64,000 nt of DNA from an uncultured Acidobacteriota bacterium (GTDB lineage Bacteria > Acidobacteriota > Thermoanaerobaculia > Gp7-AA8): NCBI GenBank assembly GCA_963822445.1, contig CAWGHO010000001.1, forward strand, positions 192,001 to 256,000, given 5' to 3'. A program made the position numbers and the translations under genes. The notes under the pieces were generated by a model. The model did no database searches, was not told where the DNA came from, and was given only the letters and a program-made list of their open reading frames with translations. Shown piece by piece: positions 61,124-64,000 of the stretch; position 1 is the first letter of the stretch, and the number at the start of each line of letters is the position of its first letter.

Positions 61124-62400
61124 CGCGCGGATCGTAGCGTGAACACAAACGTCGACGCCCCTTCCAGCCGGATCGTGCCGCCGTGCAATTCCACCAGCTC
61201 TTTGGCGATCGCCAGTCCGAGACCCGCGCCGCCCGTGGTGCGCGATCGGGACGCATCGGCACGATGAAAGCGATCGAAGATCCGTTCGCGATGCTCCGGG
61301 GGGACGCCCGGGCCATCGTCGCTGACGCGGATCTCGACCATCGATCCCACTCGCGCCGCGCGAACCTCGATCGTGTTCTGCGCATGTGCCGACGCATTCA
61401 CGAGGAGGTTGCGCAGCACCTGCACGACGCGCCGCGGATCGGCGTGAACGATCAGATCCGCGGGGACATCCGTCGTAACGGGATGCGCGATCGCCGCGCG
61501 CGCAACGAGATCGCGCACCGGCACTTCCTCCAGTTCCAGCTTCAAAACCCCCGCGTCGGCCAGTGACAACTGCTGCAGATCGTCGACGAGCCGCGACAGA
61601 TTCGCGACCTCCTCCTCGATCGATCCCAGGAACTTCGCATCCGCCGCGATCACGCCGTCTTGCGCGGCCTCGACCTGCACGCGGATGTTCGTCAGCGGCG
61701 TGCGGAGTTCGTGAGCGACGTCGGTGACCATGTTCCGCCGCGCACGCTCGTTGCGCTCCAGCGATTCGGCCATCTGATTGAACGCCTGGGCCAGTTCGCC
61801 GACTTCATCGCGGCCGCGCACCGGAACGCGCACGTCGAGCTGGCCCGCCGCCAGTGCCTGCGCGCCTCTCGTCAGCGCATCGACCGGGGCGAACACGCGA
61901 CGAAAGACAGTCAGCATCACCATGACCGCCAGCAACGCCGCCGCGGCGAGGCCAAACATCAGGTGTCGATCAACCGACAGCCGAAACGCGCCCTGGCTTC
62001 GCTCCTCGACCGGCGGCAGAAAGTACACCGTCCCCACGCCCTCGATGCGACGGGCGTTGCCGCGCATACGGAACGTCTCCGTCTTGCTACGCAGAATCAT
62101 TCCGTCGGCGGTGAGCTCTACGTTGAATCGCTCGAGATCGGCCGGATACCTCGCGACGACCTTCTTCGCGTCATCGACCACGATCGTGCGAATCCCGAAT
62201 CGCTCGTGAACCCGCGACAGCGATTCACCGGCGGCGATCATCGTCGCGGCGGCGCGCAGGTCGTTCATCCGCTCGCCGATGAGATAGCGCTCGAACTCCC
62301 GCTTCACGGTCACGATGGAGAAGAACCCCGCGGCCAGCGCCAGCGCCGCGATGATCAGCGACGTCGCCAGAACCAGTCGCCAGCGCAGGGAACGGATCAT
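61120..62400 (-). CDS. HAMP sensor histidine kinase (BaeS-like)
   Basis: HELRTPL, NLLVNA, DDGPG, GAGLGL; 2 TM plus HAMP. Confidence 0.93.
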   Translation of the reverse strand: MIRSLRWRLVLATSLIIAALALAAGFFSIVTVKREFERYLIGERMNDLRAAATMIAAGESLSRVHERFGIRTIVVDDAKKVVARYPADLERFNVELTADGMILRSKTETFRMRGNARRIEGVGTVYFLPPVEERSQGAFRLSVDRHLMFGLAAAALLAVMVMLTVFRRVFAPVDALTRGAQALAAGQLDVRVPVRGRDEVGELAQAFNQMAESLERNERARRNMVTDVAHELRTPLTNIRVQVEAAQDGVIAADAKFLGSIEEEVANLSRLVDDLQQLSLADAGVLKLELEEVPVRDLVARAAIAHPVTTDVPADLIVHADPRRVVQVLRNLLVNASAHAQNTIEVRAARVGSMVEIRVSDDGPGVPPEHRERIFDRFHRADASRSRTTGGAGLGLAIAKELVELHGGTIRLEGASTFVFTLRSAR

Positions 62401-63056
62401 CGCGCGAACTTGTAGCCGACGCCGAACACGGTGACGATGGCCTTCCCCGGCTCGCCGAGCTTCTTCCGAAGATTCATCACGTGAACATCCACAGTTCGGT
62501 CGAGCCCGTCGTAGTCATCGCCGAGCGCGCGCTCGACGAGCTCCTGCCGCGTGAATGTGCGTCCCGCGGCGCGCGCGAGCGTTTCGAGCAACCGGTACTC
62601 GGTCGGCGTAACCATGACCGCGGTCTCGCCGAGTCGCACCTCCCGCTTCGAGCGATCGATGGTGATGCCATTCGCCTCCAGAACATCTTCCTCGCTCGAC
62701 CGCCGCAGCACGGCCCGAATCCGAGCCAGCAACTCGCGGGGACTGAAGGGCTTGGTCACGTAATCATCCGCGCCGAGGTCGAGTCCCTTCAGCTTGTCCT
62801 CCTCGGTCGACCGAGCCGTGACCATCACGATCGCCGTCCCGCTCGTTTCGCGCAAGGCGCGGCAAACCGCCAGTCCATCGAGGCGCGGGAGCATCAGATC
62901 GAGCACGACCAGCTGCGGGTCGAAGACCCTCGCGACCTCCAGCGCCTGCACGCCGTCGGCGGCGAGCTCGACCGCGTAGCCCTCGCGGCGGAGGTACAAA
63001 GCAACCGTCTCCCGCGTCTTCGGATCGTCCTCGACGAGGAGAATTCGGCGTCTCAT
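62397..63056 (-). CDS. OmpR-family response regulator
   Basis: LVEDD, DLMLP, GADDYVTKPFS, winged helix RTVDVHV…GVGY. Confidence 0.94.
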   Translation of the reverse strand: MRRRILLVEDDPKTRETVALYLRREGYAVELAADGVQALEVARVFDPQLVVLDLMLPRLDGLAVCRALRETSGTAIVMVTARSTEEDKLKGLDLGADDYVTKPFSPRELLARIRAVLRRSSEEDVLEANGITIDRSKREVRLGETAVMVTPTEYRLLETLARAAGRTFTRQELVERALGDDYDGLDRTVDVHVMNLRKKLGEPGKAIVTVFGVGYKFAR

Positions 63057-63115
63057 GTTGCGATGGTAGCGAGGGTGATGAAGAAGTTGTGAAGTCGGGC
63101 TATGATCCGCGCCGC

Positions 63116-63460
63116 ATGGACATCGCGGTGCGCAGAAACGGTGACGTAACGGTAGTCGACTTCAAGGGGCGCCTGGCCATCGGCGTCAGCGATTCTCTCC
63201 TTCCCGGCGTGATCTCGGACATCCTCAAGGACGGCAGCAAGAAGATCCTGCTGAACCTCTCCGAGATGGATTACATCGACAGCAACGGGCTCGGCGAGCT
63301 GGTGCAGGCCTTCCGCGAGTCACAGCGCAAAGGCGCGTCGCTCCGGCTGCTCAAGCCTCAGGACCGCGTCGCCAAGACGCTGCGGCTGACCAATCTGCTG
63401 CCGATGTTCTCGGTCTACGAGTCCGAGGACGACGCGCTGCAGGCCTTCGGCACGTCGTAA
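63116..63460 (+). CDS. STAS-domain anti-sigma-factor antagonist
   Basis: YIDSNGLGELV motif. Confidence 0.9.
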   Translation: MDIAVRRNGDVTVVDFKGRLAIGVSDSLLPGVISDILKDGSKKILLNLSEMDYIDSNGLGELVQAFRESQRKGASLRLLKPQDRVAKTLRLTNLLPMFSVYESEDDALQAFGTS

Positions 63461-63466
63461 TCCGCC

Positions 63467-64000
63467 ATGGCGGACTCGTGGAGCTCATTCGCCGCGCGCG
63501 AGCCGTACTTCGCGGTCCTCACCCAGCATCGTTACCTGCGGGCGAACTTCGATCGCGACGCTGAGAACGAGTTCTTCGAGACCGGCGAAGCACTGGTTGC
63601 GCGGATCTTCAGCGTGATCCGCGCTCACGTGGCGGCGCGGGATGCGCTGACCGTGCTCGAGTACGGATGTGGTCCGGGGCGGCTGCTCATCCCTTTCTCG
63701 CGTCGGGCGACGGTGACCGGCGTCGACATCGCACCGGGGATGCTCGAGACCGCGCAGAAGCATGCGCCGAACGCCGAGCTCCTGACCGTCGAGCAATTCG
63801 ATGCGGATCCGCAGCGGCAGTTCGACATCGTCAACTGCTATCTCCTCCTGCAGCGTCTCTCACCGGATGACGGCCTCGCTCTCGTTCGGCGACTGGCGAG
63901 CCGCGTTCGCGCGGGCGGCGCAGGAGTCTTTCAATTTCCGTGGCGCTCCTCTTCTTCGCGCGTGGTGTCGGCATTGCGAACGGCACGATCGCGCGTGCCG
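63467..64000 (+). CDS. Class I SAM-dependent methyltransferase (runs off the window)
   Basis: MADSWSSFAAREPYFAVLT…LEYGCGPGRL…GVDIA; no stop before the window end. Confidence 0.85.
   Translation, partial: MADSWSSFAAREPYFAVLTQHRYLRANFDRDAENEFFETGEALVARIFSVIRAHVAARDALTVLEYGCGPGRLLIPFSRRATVTGVDIAPGMLETAQKHAPNAELLTVEQFDADPQRQFDIVNCYLLLQRLSPDDGLALVRRLASRVRAGGAGVFQFPWRSSSSRVVSALRTARSRVP

Overview
High-GC bacterial chromosomal window. Gene content and protein families suggest Acidobacteriota, probably Thermoanaerobaculia (inference). It opens with a 2718-aa secreted beta-helix/Ig-repeat protein whose C-terminus is identical to that of a truncated upstream paralog. The rest is housekeeping, signalling and accessory genes: two Hanks kinase-beta-propeller fusions, FHA-GGDEF, two PP2C/SpoIIE phosphatases, peptidases, an ABC transporter, exosortase H, rsmE and a two-component system. 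parE and parC are about 13 kb apart. The interval holds a visibly less GC-rich patch with four notable items: an XRE/S24 repressor with Arg at the catalytic Lys, a secreted PQQ-type beta-propeller interrupted by an in-frame UGA followed by a SECIS-like hairpin (candidate new selenoprotein, the top finding), a decayed HsdR_N-like nuclease gene, and a gene ending in a solo integron attC-like site. Intergenic DNA carries REPIN-like elements and heptamer/octamer-repeat hairpins, and many genes look leaderless. Several genes, including parC and parE, carry single-base frameshifts that are most likely long-read assembly errors. No rRNA, tRNA, CRISPR array, integrase or transposase was seen.
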